The notes beneath the pieces were generated by a model. The model made no database searches, was not told where the DNA came from, and saw only the letters and a list, made by a program, of their open reading frames with translations. The translations under genes were made by a program, and so were the position numbers. Below are positions 1 to 9,386 of a stretch of DNA of 27,207 nucleotides, piece after piece. The DNA is from Candidatus Hadarchaeota archaeon (GTDB taxonomy: Archaea > CAYQAE01 > CAYVLA01): NCBI GenBank assembly GCA_964452145.1, contig CAYVLA010000040.1:1-27207 (forward strand), given 5' to 3'. Each line of letters begins with the position of its first letter. Position 1 is the first letter of the stretch.

Positions 1-2
1 GG

Positions 3-1010
3 ATAGATCTGTGGTCCACCAGCCTCGTCTTCAACAAGGGTCACAGAATCAGATTGTCCATATCCTCGAGCAACAGCCCCAGATTCGAGCCCAACCCAAA
101 CACGGGCCATCCATTCAGGGCCGATGATGAAACGCAGATCGCGAACAACACGATTCGCATGGGATCATCCAATCCCTCAAGGATCATCCTTCCCCTTGCA
201 GGGCCCGACTCGGATGGGGACGGACTCTACGATTATCTGGACCCCTTTCCCGAAGAGCCCGGCGGTGATGCAACCCCCGATCACATCGCGGATTTGATAA
301 GGGATCTTGACCTGAGGATCGGATCCGTAGTCGATCCGACCCTAGCCGGGATGCTTGGCGGGGTGATCTTGGCAGCGCGGGCCCGCCTCCTGCTCGGGGA
401 TGCGGTCGGCGCGGGACATCTGGCGTGGATAGCCGGGTCTGCCCTGCGCTATGATCCGTCCAACATATCCCTTCCGGAGGCCAGAGCCGTCTCGGATTCC
501 ATCCTCTCAGTGGCTCAGGCCTACGCCGACGAGCAGAGGTTCCGGCAGATGCTAGACTGCATCCAAGCAGCCCGGATTCTGGCCGAGCTCCGGCAGGGTC
601 TGGAGGGCGACCGCGCTGCGGCCGTGATCGGTCGATACCTGACGGACGCCCAAGCATTGACGAAGTCAAGCGGATGTGGCAGCGGCCTCCGACTTGCCAA
701 ATGGCTGGGACAGGAAGACGTCCTCGACCTGGCGAGGAGAATTCAGATAGCGAGAATCATCGGGGTTCCCGAGAAGGATGTCTCCACAGTTGAAGGAATG
801 CTGGGCTCGGCCATGGCACAGTTTCTGCAGTGGAGGGAAGATAACTCCGAGTCGATGATCAGGGGAGCATTGCATAGGCTGGAAGGGCTGGGAATCAGCG
901 TTGTCGAGGTCTCCCCCACAGCCTTGGCCGCCATGGTAAGCCTCACGTTGTTGCTGGGGCGGCGGGGATGCCCACCGGGATTGGCCGAAGCCCCATATCG
1001 GGGTTCTTGA
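3..1010 (+). CDS. CocE/NonD-family hydrolase, 5'-truncated: PepX_C-type domain + DxDGDG Ca-binding-like loop + helical region + C-terminal hydrophobic anchor
   Basis: The frame is open from base 3 (IDLWSTSLVFNKGHRIRLSISSSNSPRFEPNPNTG...SRIILPL), the typical C-terminal domain of CocE/NonD hydrolases. It is followed by DSDGDGLYDYLDPFP, an Ala/Leu-rich helical stretch and ...VVEVSPTALAAMVSLTLLLGRRG. The true start lies upstream of the window. Confidence 0.8.
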   Translation: MDLWSTSLVFNKGHRIRLSISSSNSPRFEPNPNTGHPFRADDETQIANNTIRMGSSNPSRIILPLAGPDSDGDGLYDYLDPFPEEPGGDATPDHIADLIRDLDLRIGSVVDPTLAGMLGGVILAARARLLLGDAVGAGHLAWIAGSALRYDPSNISLPEARAVSDSILSVAQAYADEQRFRQMLDCIQAARILAELRQGLEGDRAAAVIGRYLTDAQALTKSSGCGSGLRLAKWLGQEDVLDLARRIQIARIIGVPEKDVSTVEGMLGSAMAQFLQWREDNSESMIRGALHRLEGLGISVVEVSPTALAAMVSLTLLLGRRGCPPGLAEAPYRGS

Positions 1011-1015
1011 CCGCG

Positions 1016-1894
1016 TCAAGCTAGCGCGATCATGGCCACTCCCCCGACCATGGCTGCAACACCCAACACCCTCCGCGCGGTCCTCTGCTCCCCCAGCACC
1101 TCGAAGCCCAAAATGGCTGCGAACAGGATCGAGGTGGATCGAAGGGATACGATGTATGATACCTGCGTCAGGCGGAGGGCGAAGAGGACTAGCAGGTAGG
1201 CGAAGATGCAGAGAAAGCCGACCAAGAGAGCCTTCCTACCCTCCGCGGCGATGGCCCGCCGGAGGGCCGCCGGCCCATAGTAGGTCAGGTAGAAGGGCGA
1301 CAGGAGCACCCCGCACACCATGAAAGTCAGATATATGTACAGGACCGGGTCGACGTAGTTCACCCCTATCTTGTCCACAACCATGTAGGCGGAGGTGCAG
1401 ATCCCGGTCGCCACGGCGGTGAGGGATGCGGATTGTCTGAGACCGGAGACGGCCTTGCCCAAGGTGGTTCCTCTGCCCAAAGATGGGTTGAAGAGCTGTA
1501 CGGAGGCCATGACCGCCACTATTCCAACCCATCCTGTGAGACTTGGCCGTTCGGATAGAAAGATGAGGGCCCATATCACCGTGAGCCCCGGAGCCAGCCC
1601 TCGAGTGATGGGGTAGGAATGGGAGAGATCGCCCAGTTCGTAGCTTCTCGCCAATAGGAGGAAGTACAAGCAGTAGACACCGCCCGTTGTCACGATGCAT
1701 ATCCAGCCTATGCGCGGGATCCGGCCGCCCGAAGATAGCAGAACTGCGACCGGTGTGTGCACCAGAATTGCCGACCAGATGTAGAGAAAGGAGAAGAGGG
1801 TCTTGTCGCCTGATTCCTTGACCAAGAGGTTCCAATACGCATGCAGGACGGCGGATGAAAGAACCATCAACACCGGTGCTGCTATCGTATCCAT
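1016..1894 (-). CDS. EamA/DMT-family transporter
   Basis: About 10 hydrophobic segments in two repeats; motifs SAVLHAYWNLLVK, YELGDLSHSYPITRG, AYMVVDKIGV, VSYIVSLRSTSILFA. The ATG at 1894 is preferred over 1960. Confidence 0.88.
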   Translation of the reverse strand: MDTIAAPVLMVLSSAVLHAYWNLLVKESGDKTLFSFLYIWSAILVHTPVAVLLSSGGRIPRIGWICIVTTGGVYCLYFLLLARSYELGDLSHSYPITRGLAPGLTVIWALIFLSERPSLTGWVGIVAVMASVQLFNPSLGRGTTLGKAVSGLRQSASLTAVATGICTSAYMVVDKIGVNYVDPVLYIYLTFMVCGVLLSPFYLTYYGPAALRRAIAAEGRKALLVGFLCIFAYLLVLFALRLTQVSYIVSLRSTSILFAAILGFEVLGEQRTARRVLGVAAMVGGVAMIALA

Positions 1895-2077
1895 CGCCGC
1901 CGAAAGGGGTAGAGCCCAGTCCCCCTGCTGAGAAGGGACGACCTTGAATATGGAATCCATGACAGGATTCCGAAACCTCGGGGCCGGCGTGGATATGGCC
2001 GGCTGCGATCTATGCCGCGCAGCGGTGCAGCCAACATTTTTGAGAAGTCAGGCGCACTACATCGAGAGGTCGCTGTT

Positions 2078-2623
2078 GTGAGCACGGGTCGGGTCCGCCG
2101 CTCGTTCAAAGCCAAGGACGGTCGAAGAGTAGTCTTGAGATCTCCGAGGTGGGAGGACTTGGACGAGTTCGTAGAGCTTATCAACTCGGCCGTCGAAGAG
2201 GGAGCCGAGATCCTCAAGTCCAAGAAGGTGACCCGGGAGGAGGAAGCCGAGTGGTTGGGCAGCCTGCTGGCAAAGGTGGAGAAGGGGGAACGGTTTGTGA
2301 TCTGTGCGGAGATCGAAGGCCGCGTCGTGGGGCTCTGTGAACTCGAGAGGCGAAGCGGCGTCAGGAGCCACACGGCCACCGTCGGCATCATCATCAAGCG
2401 GCCCTATAGGGATCTGGGCTTGGGAACCCGCATGCTCCGGACGATGATAGATCAGGCAAGAAGCATGGGACTGAAGGTCCTCACCCTCGGCATGTTCGCC
2501 ACGAATGCGAGGGCCCGCCACGTCTATGAGAAGGTGGGGTTCAGAGAAGTAGGATGCGTACCCAAGGAGTTCTACCGAGACGGTGACTACGTGGACCATG
2601 TCATGATGGCAATGGAGCTCTGA
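2078..2623 (+). CDS. GNAT-family N-acetyltransferase
   Basis: Acetyl-CoA-binding motif A YRDLGLGTRML and motif B NARARHVYEKVGF. GTG start at 2078 with GAGGT at 2066-2070; the ORF-track start is 2012. Confidence 0.88.
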   Translation: MSTGRVRRSFKAKDGRRVVLRSPRWEDLDEFVELINSAVEEGAEILKSKKVTREEEAEWLGSLLAKVEKGERFVICAEIEGRVVGLCELERRSGVRSHTATVGIIIKRPYRDLGLGTRMLRTMIDQARSMGLKVLTLGMFATNARARHVYEKVGFREVGCVPKEFYRDGDYVDHVMMAMEL

Positions 2624-2625
2624 CC

Positions 2626-4653
2626 TTGGCAGCAGTCACCTTGGATCGCGACAGCTGGATGCTTTCGACTGATGAAAATCCGGACTGGGGCTTTGCGAGG
2701 AATCGACAGATCATGCTGAGGACCCCGATGGCCGAGTACTCAGCATCGGTCTTCTCGGCTCCCATCCAAGTGAAGGGCTTGGCCTTCTACGGAGGAAACC
2801 GGGATTGCTCCTGGCAGGGACTTCTCATCGGTCCGATCGGCGGTGCCCTCTACAAGACTGTTGATGGCATCTACTTCTCAACGGGATCTCCTCTCAGAGC
2901 CTCCAATGCGGAATTCCGCCCTGGCGAGTTGACCTACAGATACTCAGACCCAGACGACGAGCACTACTCTGTCAGGATCACTCTGACGACCCTGAGGGAT
3001 CGAGTGGTGCTCAAAGCGTTGTCCAGCACACCGTGCTGGTACACCGCCCTTCTGGATCTTAGACCTGGCGAGCACTGGGTTAACGGCACCTACTCCTCGT
3101 GTGTTCGTGGTGGGTCGGCATATGTTGAGAGCACGGGAGCCCCCATCAGGGTCGCTTTTTCGGGCTTTGATGCCGCGGAATCCATCGACCTACAGATGAA
3201 CTGGAGGTACAAGCTGGGGGATGGGTTCCGACGACAGGACCGGGACGGATCCATTGCCTTCGTCGAGCATCACAGGCCCGTGCATGCACCCTTACTCTTC
3301 CACTCCTCCACAGGAAAACTGGAGGTCATCGTTCCCGTGAAGACGCTTGGACTACCGCCGAATCACGGCCCCGGAGCCCGCGGGGATTCGGTATTCGGGC
3401 CCTCCCGGATCGGGAAAGCCCTTCAGCTACGCCTCTGGACGCTGTCAACCTACGGGATACCAATTGATCACTTCTGGCTTCCGGAGGCCGGTGCCTGGTG
3501 GTTCAGAAAGCCGTGGACGCGGGACGCCTTGGAGGGGCTCAGATGGAACATGAAGACCTACACAGGCCTGCTTGGTTGGACGGAGGGCCTGCGCTCCCTG
3601 TTGCTGAACCTGTCAGCGATATGCAGGTCACAGAGGGGGCTACCGCTGATGTTGGGGGAGGGCTGCTTTGCCAGCGACGCCCCGCCTCTTCTCCTCGGAG
3701 TAGCCAGCGATTTTGTGCGCCTGACACACTGCGACCAACTATGCGTGGAGATCCTGGACACGGCCCGGCTTGCCGCCGAAACGCTTCTCGGAGGAGGAAC
3801 ATTCTCAGGGTGCGTGGTCTCCGATTCCGTGCTCTGCTGCCCGGCCAATTCCTCCTGGGTCGATGCGGTGGTGATGCTCGCAGGGAGGCGTTGGCCGATG
3901 AGGCTTCCGCTCGGCTGGATGGATCGGGGCATCGATCCCTTTGAGCCGGCGTTTGGCCTCGTCGAGGTCAACGCGCTCTATCTTGAGTCGATCAAGAGGA
4001 TGAGGGATATGTGCGCACACCGGGGGATCTCCCTTCCAACGGAGATCGAGGAGCTCTTCTCCACCCTGGCTGCGGGGTTCGACGAGACGTTCAGGCGCAA
4101 TGGGATGATGCCGTTCGACACCGTCTGCCCGTGTCAAGGGCTGAAGGATCCGACGCCGTCTTCTCCAGCCCTCGTGGCCCTTTCGGCGTTGGAGGGGCTT
4201 GTTTTTCATAGGGACGAAGTCGAGCGCATCTGGCAGGATGCCTCGCAGGAACTTCTGGTCTACAGGAGACTGCAGGTTCTCGGCTCCGAGACGTTCCCGT
4301 TCGGCGTCGTGGTCAGGGCGGGTGCGCACAGGCCCTATCTGGGCGATGAGGATTACCACGGTCCGACCTTGTGGCCCAGGGATGTGCCGTATCTCGTCTC
4401 ACTGATGCAGACGCTTGGCATCGATGTCAGGGGGCTTTTGGTGAACCATCTGGACCACATGCTTTCGGAGGGCGTCTTTGGCTACTGCGCGGAGCTCTTC
4501 AGTCTGCCCCTTGGAAGAAGCTTTACCGGCATCGGCACGGATAACCCTGTGCCCGTTAAGAACCCGGCCCAGTACTGGAGCCATTGGTGTGATCCGTACC
4601 TAGACCATCTATCGGAACTCGGCCTACCCGATATCCGTCTTCGAGGCCGCTGA
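2626..4653 (+). CDS. Amylo-alpha-1,6-glucosidase / glycogen-debranching-like protein (GH133-like, (alpha/alpha)6 C-terminal domain)
   Basis: EAGAWWFRKPWTRDALE (compare AGYPWF..WGRD), VEVNALY, DYHGPTLWPRD, AELF and NPAQYWS resemble GDE_C motifs. TTG start 2 nt after the GNAT stop; lies in the alpha-glucan cluster. Confidence 0.68.
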   Translation: MAAVTLDRDSWMLSTDENPDWGFARNRQIMLRTPMAEYSASVFSAPIQVKGLAFYGGNRDCSWQGLLIGPIGGALYKTVDGIYFSTGSPLRASNAEFRPGELTYRYSDPDDEHYSVRITLTTLRDRVVLKALSSTPCWYTALLDLRPGEHWVNGTYSSCVRGGSAYVESTGAPIRVAFSGFDAAESIDLQMNWRYKLGDGFRRQDRDGSIAFVEHHRPVHAPLLFHSSTGKLEVIVPVKTLGLPPNHGPGARGDSVFGPSRIGKALQLRLWTLSTYGIPIDHFWLPEAGAWWFRKPWTRDALEGLRWNMKTYTGLLGWTEGLRSLLLNLSAICRSQRGLPLMLGEGCFASDAPPLLLGVASDFVRLTHCDQLCVEILDTARLAAETLLGGGTFSGCVVSDSVLCCPANSSWVDAVVMLAGRRWPMRLPLGWMDRGIDPFEPAFGLVEVNALYLESIKRMRDMCAHRGISLPTEIEELFSTLAAGFDETFRRNGMMPFDTVCPCQGLKDPTPSSPALVALSALEGLVFHRDEVERIWQDASQELLVYRRLQVLGSETFPFGVVVRAGAHRPYLGDEDYHGPTLWPRDVPYLVSLMQTLGIDVRGLLVNHLDHMLSEGVFGYCAELFSLPLGRSFTGIGTDNPVPVKNPAQYWSHWCDPYLDHLSELGLPDIRLRGR

Positions 4654-4669
4654 CCCCGGGCGGATCTGG

Positions 4670-5011
4670 CTACGGCTTCGGCTTGGGCTTGGCCCTCGGC
4701 CTGCCGCTCTGCAGCTTCTTGTTAACCAAGTCCAGCAAAGCCTTTCTGAGTTCCTCGCCAGCAAGGTTCTCCTTGTCAAGACGGTTGACCTGGGCTGCGA
4801 GGCCCTTCTGGCCCTGACTTGTCAGCCAGGCGGCGAAGTCGCCTCTGCGAACGTGGAACTCCACGGACTGGACGGGGATGTCGGTGATCACGGCCGCAAA
4901 CTCCTCGAGATTGCATGCCTGTCTATCCGCGTAGCATCCCACCTCGCTGTAAAAGTAGAAGATGCTCTCCTCCCGGAGCCCAACTGCCTGCTTCTTCCTT
5001 GGCCTTGGCAT
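4670..5011 (-). CDS. Stand-alone DUF5752-like small protein (113 aa)
   Basis: FYFYSEVGCYADRQACNLEEF...SVEFHVRRGDFAAWL aligns by eye with the C-terminal domain of the neighbouring GH57. ATG at 5011 is preceded by GGGGTG. Confidence 0.75.
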   Translation of the reverse strand: MPRPRKKQAVGLREESIFYFYSEVGCYADRQACNLEEFAAVITDIPVQSVEFHVRRGDFAAWLTSQGQKGLAAQVNRLDKENLAGEELRKALLDLVNKKLQSGRPRAKPKPKP

Positions 5012-5053
5012 CCAACATACACCCCTTGGAACCAGCCTGTTGTAGTTGCCTTC

Positions 5054-5133
5054 GATATATAAGAGTTTACACAAGGTCAGGCATTTGACATGAGTGCTTC
5101 GTGGCCGTTCCGGGACACCAAGTGTTATTAATA
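5054..5133. promoter_or_regulatory. Divergent archaeal-type promoter region with two TATA-like boxes
   Basis: GATATATAAG (5054-5063, reads CTTATATATC on the minus strand) lies upstream of 5011(-), and TTATTAATA (5125-5133) upstream of 5170(+). Both are AT islands in GC-rich DNA. Confidence 0.55.
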
Positions 5134-5169
5134 CGGGTTGTGGTTTCCACTGCGACGGAGAGATCGGAG

Positions 5170-6411
5170 ATGAGGATTGCATTCTTCGCATGGGAGTACC
5201 CGCCAATGGTCGTCGGGGGGCTAGGGGCCTACGCGGAGAACATGGCTCGCAGCTTGGTGGAGATCGGACATGACGTTTCCGTCTTCTGCCTCAACAATGG
5301 CGATCTGCCCACCCGGGAGCTGATTCGGGGAGTTGAAGTCCACAGACCCATGATCGTGAACACGTCCAGCACCTTCCCGCTGTTCTCGGAGGAGCTGAGG
5401 GGTTGGGGAGAGCATGTGAAGTTCTTCAGCGACTTCTTCGTCTACAACGTGCTGTCGGCCTCCAAGCTTGCCAACTCGCTGGTCAGAAAGGAGGGATTCG
5501 CCTACGATATCGCATCTTTCCACGACTGGCTGAACAGTGTGGCGGGCATGGCTGTGCGGGACGAACTCGGGATCCCCGCGGTCTTCCACGTTCACTCCAC
5601 GGAGTGGGGCAGGACCGGAGGAGGCTCTGGGATAATCAACAGGCTCGAGTGGGAGGCGGCACAGAGATCCGACGGGATAGTCACGGTCAGCCACGCGATG
5701 AAGCTGGACCTGGTGAACCACGGCTGGCCCGAGAAGAAGATCAGGGTGATCTGGAACGGGATCGACCCGGGACTCTACGATCCAGAGAGATTTCCGCCGT
5801 CCCAAGTGCAGGTCCTGAGGGAGAGATACGGGGTCGGCAGGCACGGGTGCATGATCCTGTTCGTCGGCAGGCTGACTTGGGTGAAGGGCATACGCAATCT
5901 GGTCCAGGCCATGCCCCAGGTGCTCAACAAGCACCCCGGATCCAAGCTCGTCGTGCTGGGCATGGGTGAGGAGGAGCGGGATGTCAAGGACATGTCGGCT
6001 AGGCTGGGGATAGGGGACTCGGTTATCGGCAGATTCGAGTTCGTCCCCGAGGAGGAACGGATTCTTCACTACGCCGCAGCGGATCTCTGCGTCTTTCCGT
6101 CCATCTACGAACCATTCGGAATAGTCAGCCTCGAAGCGATGGCGATGGAGAAGCCGGTTGTGGTCGGGGCCAAGGGGGTTGTCGGGTTCAGGGAGCAGGT
6201 CATCTCGTCCGGTCCTGGCCAGACCGGTGTTCACGTGGATGGGAACAGTCCCATGGACATTGCCTGGGGCATCATGACCACCCTCTCCGACCGGGATAGG
6301 GCCCGGGGTTGGGGAAGGAACGGCAGGAGGCGGGTCCTCCAGGACTTCACCTGGAAGAGGGCGGCCGAGCAGACCCTGACCTTCTACAAGGAGTTGTGCC
6401 GGAGGAAGTAG
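5170..6411 (+). CDS. Glycosyltransferase family 4 (glycogen-cluster type)
   Basis: MRIAFFAWEYPPMVVGGLG, HDW, HSTEWGR, ILFVGRL..VKG, PSIYEPFGIVSLEAMA. ATG at 5170 with GGAG upstream. Confidence 0.9.
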   Translation: MRIAFFAWEYPPMVVGGLGAYAENMARSLVEIGHDVSVFCLNNGDLPTRELIRGVEVHRPMIVNTSSTFPLFSEELRGWGEHVKFFSDFFVYNVLSASKLANSLVRKEGFAYDIASFHDWLNSVAGMAVRDELGIPAVFHVHSTEWGRTGGGSGIINRLEWEAAQRSDGIVTVSHAMKLDLVNHGWPEKKIRVIWNGIDPGLYDPERFPPSQVQVLRERYGVGRHGCMILFVGRLTWVKGIRNLVQAMPQVLNKHPGSKLVVLGMGEEERDVKDMSARLGIGDSVIGRFEFVPEEERILHYAAADLCVFPSIYEPFGIVSLEAMAMEKPVVVGAKGVVGFREQVISSGPGQTGVHVDGNSPMDIAWGIMTTLSDRDRARGWGRNGRRRVLQDFTWKRAAEQTLTFYKELCRRK

Positions 6412-6448
6412 GCCACCGGTCAGCTGCCAGGGCCCAGTGTGATGCATC

Positions 6449-8005
6449 ATGCCGGACATCTGCCTCGGATTCGAGGTTCACCAGCCCTTCAGAATCAATG
6501 GAGAGTTCCGTCCGGAGAACGCAGATGGTCGAGACCTGCCCGAACTCTTCGATCTCTACTTCGACAATGGTCTGAACCGTGAGATTCTGGAGCGCGTGGC
6601 CCGGAAGTGCTACCTTCCCGCAAACCAGATCGTGCTGGACAACATAGAGGCGCACAGGAACCAGCAAAAGGCGTTCAAAGTCGTCTACAGCCTGTCCGGC
6701 GTCCTGGTCGAGCAGCTGAAGCGTTGGGCTCCTCGGGCTCTGGAGTCGTTCCGCCAGCTGGCGAACACCGGATATGTAGAGTTCCTTGACCAGACCTACT
6801 ACCACTCGCTTGCCAGCCTTTTCTCCGGGAGCAAGGATGAGTTCGCCGATCAGGTTAAGCTCCACAGGGATCTGATGCAGGACAGCTTGGGTTGCAGGCC
6901 TTCGGTCTTCGAGAACACCGAGTTCATCTACAATGACGACATCGCAAAGACGCTTGCCGGACTGGGCTTCACCGGGATCTTCACCGAGGGACGTCCCAGC
7001 TTGCTGGGTTGGCGATCACCCAACCACGTATACTGGGCGGGCGATTCCGGCATGCCGGTCCTTCTGAGGAACTACAGGCTATCCGACGATATCGCATTCC
7101 GATTCTCGGCAAGGGACTGGCCGGGATGGCCGTTGACGGCGGATAAATATGCCGCATGGCTCTCTGCCACGCCGGGCCAGTGCATCGTGATCTTCATCGA
7201 CTATGAGACCTTTGGCGAGCACCACTGGCCGGAGACCGGCATACTGGAGTTCCTCAAGCATCTGCCGGGCGAGATACTCCAACGAGGCAATCTCCACTTC
7301 AAGACGGCCAGTGAGGTGATCGCCTGCCACGCGCCGGTGGGGGAGCTAAGGGTGCACAGCTTCGGCACGGTGTCATGGGCGGACGTTGAGGGAAGCACCT
7401 ATGCCTGGCTTGGCAACGACATGCAGCGGACATGTCATCATGCTCTTCGGAGGATGGAGTCCTATGTGAAGGCATGCGGAGATCCGGAGATCGCCAGGCT
7501 ATGGCGGCTGCTCCAGACAAGCGACCATCTGTATTACATGTACACCAAATGGGGTGCTTCCGGGCTCGTACACGGGTACTTCAGCTCACAGCCTCCGGTG
7601 AAGGCCTTCTGGGCCTTCATGAGAATCCTGTCCGATCTTCAGCAAAGGGCGGCCCTGCTTCTTCCAAGCGATATCAGGCCCGCGGCCCTAGCTCTCAGAT
7701 CCCTCTCTCCGGATGAGGCCTTCCACTTCTACGACAGACAGGGTTACACAGGCCTGTCGGCCCATTCGCTCGACGAGTTCGCGGATGTCCTACGCCTCGT
7801 TCCACAGAGCTCTCTCATCCACCACGCCGAATCCGGTGACTATGCGAAGTGGGTGGAAGGCATCCTACACGACCGACAGCTGGCGCGGGACATCGCGGCA
7901 GCGGGGGCCATGGAGGAATGGAGGCTCAGAGAGAGGCTGATTGGAGCGGTGGCCAGGAGAATCGAGGAGCTCAGGAGCGTTGAGCCTCCGCTTCCCAGGT
8001 CCTGA
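6449..8005 (+). CDS. GH57 alpha-amylase-type glycoside hydrolase with C-terminal DUF5752-like domain
   Basis: All five GH57 conserved regions are visible: HQP, QTYYHSL, FENTEFIY (nucleophile Glu), IDYETFGEHHW (acid/base Asp), QTSDHLYYM. There is an extra domain from about 7690 (AFHFY...SLDEF...GDYAKWV). Confidence 0.9.
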   Translation: MPDICLGFEVHQPFRINGEFRPENADGRDLPELFDLYFDNGLNREILERVARKCYLPANQIVLDNIEAHRNQQKAFKVVYSLSGVLVEQLKRWAPRALESFRQLANTGYVEFLDQTYYHSLASLFSGSKDEFADQVKLHRDLMQDSLGCRPSVFENTEFIYNDDIAKTLAGLGFTGIFTEGRPSLLGWRSPNHVYWAGDSGMPVLLRNYRLSDDIAFRFSARDWPGWPLTADKYAAWLSATPGQCIVIFIDYETFGEHHWPETGILEFLKHLPGEILQRGNLHFKTASEVIACHAPVGELRVHSFGTVSWADVEGSTYAWLGNDMQRTCHHALRRMESYVKACGDPEIARLWRLLQTSDHLYYMYTKWGASGLVHGYFSSQPPVKAFWAFMRILSDLQQRAALLLPSDIRPAALALRSLSPDEAFHFYDRQGYTGLSAHSLDEFADVLRLVPQSSLIHHAESGDYAKWVEGILHDRQLARDIAAAGAMEEWRLRERLIGAVARRIEELRSVEPPLPRS

Positions 8006-8085
8006 TCTAACAGCGTCCGACCATCGAAGCCGGCCCTTCACGAGGAGTGGTCCGTGACATGCGACCTCTGACCTCTGACCGCAAC

Positions 8086-8149
8086 CTATTAATCGTCAGA
8101 CCACTCTGCGTGCAACCGGTGCCCCGGTCGCAGGGCACCGAAGGGTTGC
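8086..8149 (+). promoter_or_regulatory. TATA-like box followed by a GC-rich leader hairpin
   Basis: CTATTAATC at 8086-8094. CGGTGCCC (8117-8124) pairs with GGGCACCG (8133-8140) and GCAAC (8112-8116) with GTTGC (8145-8149). Confidence 0.4.
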
Positions 8150-8183
8150 GGACTCGCGGCCTTCCCGATGGCGGGGGATCGGT

Positions 8184-9386
8184 CTGAAGATCGCCATGCT
8201 GGCATGGGAGTCTCTGTATACGGTGCAGGTTGGAGGCCTTTCGGTCGCCGTAACGGGTCTGGCGGAGGAGCTGGCAGCGGAGGGCAACGAAGTACACTAC
8301 TTCACAAGAAGGGCTCCGGGACAGGCCCAGCACATGACCATAAACGGGGTCGAGTACAACACCTTCGCCGTCGACCCGGGCCCAAGCGCCTGCGCCTTCG
8401 CTCACAACATGTCCATGGCCATGTTGGAGGGGTTGCGCCAGATCGAGAGACATCTGGGCCGGTTCGATCTGGTTCACGGACACGATTGGCTCGTCGTTGA
8501 TGCCCTCCATGAGCTCAAGAACCAGGGCTACCCCGTGGTGCTTACCTACCATTCGACCGAATACGGACGCAACGGCGGTGCCTTCGGCGATTGGCCCGAG
8601 TTCCGAGAGATCTCGGGAAAGGAGTGGTACGGGGGTTACATGGCGGACCGGGTTGCCACCGTCTCCAAGTCCATGAAGGAGGAACTGGGCAGGCTCTACA
8701 ACGTACCCGAATGGAAGGTGGACGTCGTTCCGAACGGGATCAAGCCCGAACGATACAGGCTGAACGTGGATCCCGGGAGGGTGAAGCAGAGGTATGGCAT
8801 ACACCCGCTGGCACCAGTCGTGATGTTCATCGGCCGTCTCGAAAGCCAGAAGGGGCCTGACATCCTGCTGGAGGCCGTCCCGAAAGTCGTTAAGGATCGT
8901 TGGGATGCGGTCTTCCTGTTCATCGGCCAGGGTAGCATGAAGAGCTACCTGCAATCAAGGGCGGAGGAGCTTGGCGTCGGGCGGGCGGCCAGATTCCTCG
9001 GTTTCGTGCCACATTGGGACTTCCTCGAACTACTGAACTCATGTGACTTGGTCTGCCTCCCCAGCAGGAACGAGCCCTTCGGGATAACGCTGCTGGAGGC
9101 ATGGTCGGTCGGAAAGCCCGTGGTTGCGGCGGATGTCGGAGGACTGGCCGAGAACGTGGACAACTTCGTCAATGGCGTGAAGGTATACGCCAGCCCGGAC
9201 TCCGTTGCGTGGGGCATCAAGTACCTGCTGGATTCTCCCGAGCGTATGCAGCGGATCGGGGAAGAGGGCGCTCGGAAGGTGAAGGAGTTTAGCTGGCAGA
9301 AGGCCGCATCCCTTCTCGTTGGAACCTACGCCAAGGCAATGGCGTCCTCATCGCCTGCAGGACCCGACCCGGCTCCGGAGGCCTAG
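8184..9386 (+). CDS. Glycosyltransferase family 4 (second paralog)
   Basis: (L)KIAMLAWES...VGGL, HGHDW, HSTEYGR, FIGRL..QKG, PSRNEPFGITLLEAW. The homologous first strand begins at CTG 8184, upstream of the ATG at 8196. Confidence 0.9.
   Translation: MKIAMLAWESLYTVQVGGLSVAVTGLAEELAAEGNEVHYFTRRAPGQAQHMTINGVEYNTFAVDPGPSACAFAHNMSMAMLEGLRQIERHLGRFDLVHGHDWLVVDALHELKNQGYPVVLTYHSTEYGRNGGAFGDWPEFREISGKEWYGGYMADRVATVSKSMKEELGRLYNVPEWKVDVVPNGIKPERYRLNVDPGRVKQRYGIHPLAPVVMFIGRLESQKGPDILLEAVPKVVKDRWDAVFLFIGQGSMKSYLQSRAEELGVGRAARFLGFVPHWDFLELLNSCDLVCLPSRNEPFGITLLEAWSVGKPVVAADVGGLAENVDNFVNGVKVYASPDSVAWGIKYLLDSPERMQRIGEEGARKVKEFSWQKAASLLVGTYAKAMASSSPAGPDPAPEA

Noticed and set aside
5221..6459. 412-aa minus-strand ORF, and similar long antisense ORFs at 8007-8954, 16638-17759 and 24953-25696
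   Set aside because: They shadow well-supported genes on the opposite strand, lack motifs, and are expected in GC-rich DNA.
9383..9386. Convergent GT4 and glgP stops overlapping in CTAG
   Set aside because: A common compact-genome arrangement with no further signal.
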